Shown one piece after another: positions 22,660 through 24,000 of a stretch of DNA of 24,000 nt. The notes under the pieces are model-generated. The model was not told the origin of the DNA, ran no database searches, and was given only the letters and a program-made list of their open reading frames with translations. The position numbers and the translations under genes are program-made. Source of the stretch: Candidatus Heimdallarchaeota archaeon (GTDB lineage: Archaea > Asgardarchaeota > Heimdallarchaeia > JABLTI01); assembly GCA_018238155.1 (NCBI GenBank), contig JABCTZ010000026.1, positions 1-24,000 on the forward strand, given 5' to 3'. Position 1 is the stretch's first letter. Every line of letters starts with the position of its first letter.

Positions 22660-22989
22660 TTATATCATCGGAGAAAAACTAAACAACTTGAAGAAGAAAC
22701 TCAAACAAAAGCTTTTACTAAACCTTCTTTAGATATTAGCTCCTTTAATGAAACAAAATCTCATGAAATTCTTTCAGGTGCTACTTGTGACCTTTCTTTA
22801 GAAATAGGTTTGAAAAAATGGCTTGTTGATTTTAAAGAAGGTAGTTGTGAAATTTGTAAATTGGAATCAAGGGAAGGTCAACAAATTCTTCAGTGCCCTA
22901 AATGTTATGCTTTATTTCATCAAGATCATTTGAGAGCTTGGTTAAATGATTATTAAAGATGCCCCTGGTGTGGCTCAGATACAAATTAG
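22660..22989 (+). pseudogene. Decayed gene encoding a RING-H2-like cross-brace zinc finger (in-frame TAA at 22954..22956; TGA at 22657..22659 upstream in the same frame; no ATG)
   Basis: Frame-1 translation: ...GSCEICKLESREGQQILQCPKCYALFHQDHLRAWLNDY*RCPWCGSDTN*. Ligand spacing is CxxC-x12-CxxC-x4-HxxH-x10-CxxC, with the LFH...WL signature of RING-H2 fingers. The last CxxC pair lies beyond the stop. The 5' boundary is unclear. Confidence 0.5.
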
Positions 22990-23042
22990 CCATTCATATA
23001 CGAATTTTTTTAATGCTTATCTCTTTTGTAAACTAGATTAAT

Positions 23043-23198
23043 ATGAAATGCCCAAAGTGCCAATCTGAAAAAATTGAAATTAGAATATCTAATCAACAGG
23101 CTCTTGGTAGAACATGCAGTGGGATGGATTTGAGAATCAATCATACTGTTAAACATAAAAGTAACAAATGTATTGATTGCTTATATGAATGGAAATAG
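23043..23198 (+). CDS. Possible 51-aa zinc-ribbon protein
   Basis: MKCPKCQSEKIEIRISNQQALGRTCSGMDLRINHTVKHKSNKCIDCLYEWK carries CPKC ... CIDC knuckles at the two ends. ATG start, TAG stop. No recognisable SD motif. Too short for the ORF track. Confidence 0.4.
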   Translation: MKCPKCQSEKIEIRISNQQALGRTCSGMDLRINHTVKHKSNKCIDCLYEWK

Positions 23199-23252
23199 CT
23201 TTCTTTTTTGAAAACATTTATTTTTAGTTAAAATCTGATAATAATTCTAATT

Positions 23253-24000
23253 TCATTCCAATTCATAAGCTCTCTCCTCATATTCAGTTGCTTTATCGAA
23301 ATCTCCTGATTCTTCATATGCCGAAGCTAAATTGTGAAGAGCCTCAAAATATTTTGAATTGATTTCAACAGCTTTCTCGAAATAGGTAATAGCCTTTTTG
23401 AGGTCACCCATCATTGCATGTGTTACACCTAAATTATTATAGGCTTCATGATAGTTTGGATTTATTTTTATTGACTTTAGAAAATTGTGTAATGCTTCTT
23501 TGAAATTTTTCTGATCTATATGAACTAAACCTATGAAACTAAATGTTTCATGATTCGAGGAATCTATATCAACTGCTTTCTGGAAAAAAGCTAATGCTTT
23601 TTCATGTTCATTAAGCTGTAAATAGGTTCTTCCCAAAGTTATGTATGTAAGAGGGTACTCCGAAGAGAAAAGTAATGCTCTCTGACAAGCATCAATAGTC
23701 CTTTCTGGTTCATTTCTTTCAAAAAAACAGATTCCTAAATTTACCATCGCTTCAAAGTAATCTGGTTTTATCTCCAAAGCATCATTGAAACAAGAAACAG
23801 CAATATCGTATTTACCTAGTTTTGTATAATTTGCTCCTAGATTAACTAATGCTTCTGCATAATCGGGGTTAAGTTCAATTGCCCTTAAGTAACAATCAAT
23901 CCCTTTATCGTGTTTTTCTTGGCAATCATTAGCCAAACCAAGTAAAAACCATGCCCGGCAATTACTAGGTTGTAACAAGATGGCTCTTTCGAAAAATTCA
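23253..24000 (-). CDS. TPR-repeat protein (N-terminus beyond the window edge)
   Basis: Classical 34-aa TPRs, for example AWFLLGLANDCQEKHDKGIDCYLRAIELNPDY and AEALVNLGANYTKLGKYDIAVSCFNDALEIKPDY. The frame stays open upstream of the track start (…EFFERAILLQPSN…) to the window end. TGA stop at 23253. Confidence 0.85.
   Translation of the reverse strand, partial: EFFERAILLQPSNCRAWFLLGLANDCQEKHDKGIDCYLRAIELNPDYAEALVNLGANYTKLGKYDIAVSCFNDALEIKPDYFEAMVNLGICFFERNEPERTIDACQRALLFSSEYPLTYITLGRTYLQLNEHEKALAFFQKAVDIDSSNHETFSFIGLVHIDQKNFKEALHNFLKSIKINPNYHEAYNNLGVTHAMMGDLKKAITYFEKAVEINSKYFEALHNLASAYEESGDFDKATEYEERAYELE

Noticed and set aside
11989-22989. Idea that TAA is reassigned (e.g. to Gln), because two conserved domains (cupin at 12136, RING-like at 22954) carry in-frame TAA
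   Set aside because: At least ten confident genes in this window terminate at TAA at the expected protein ends. These include TPR, the 451-aa gene, DUF3788, the FAD oxidoreductase, the hydrolase, SDR1, SDR3, LRR, the longin-like gene and the SagB-like gene. TAG and TGA are also used as stops. Nonsense mutation or sequencing error is the simpler reading.
1-24000. Scan for CRISPR arrays, transposases/integrases, IS inverted repeats, rRNA and prophage or defence-island signatures
   Set aside because: No direct-repeat/spacer periodicity was seen. No ORF carries transposase, integrase or nuclease hallmarks that I recognise. The only GC-rich structured islands are the two tRNAs.

Overview
Strongly AT-rich, gene-dense prokaryotic segment with short gaps, 4-bp and 1-bp gene junctions and Shine-Dalgarno-like motifs. 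I read it as archaeal, most likely from an Asgard (Loki/Prometheo-like) lineage. This is inference from content: two intron-containing tRNAs, one with a bulge-helix-bulge (BHB) fold and one with a D-loop insert; an A1-U72 tRNA-Gln; an Arf/Sar-type small GTPase next to longin-like proteins; an LRR protein; and a RING-like finger remnant. Left to right: two tandem TPR paralogs; a ParA/MinD-like ATPase convergent with a 451-aa longin-like protein; tRNA-His(GUG); a DUF3788-like protein; a CrtI-like FAD oxidoreductase; GlnRS followed by tRNA-Gln(UUG); an alpha/beta hydrolase; a cupin pseudogene; three paralogous extended-SDR genes interrupted by an antisense zinc-ribbon membrane protein; a membrane-anchored 7-blade propeller protein; an LRR protein; a 7TM / Arf-Sar-like GTPase / longin-like cassette; a SagB-type nitroreductase; GrpB; a decayed RING-like gene; a small zinc-ribbon ORF; and a partial TPR protein. 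No rRNA, CRISPR array, transposase or integrase was seen. Best candidate for an undescribed system: the translationally coupled longin-like -> Arf/Sar-like GTPase -> 7TM cassette (19118..21003), with an LRR gene just downstream. Second: a GlnRS core carrying an archaeal-GluRS-type N-terminal module beside an intron-bearing archaeal-type tRNA-Gln. All homology calls come from reading motifs by eye and from memory of families; no searches were run.
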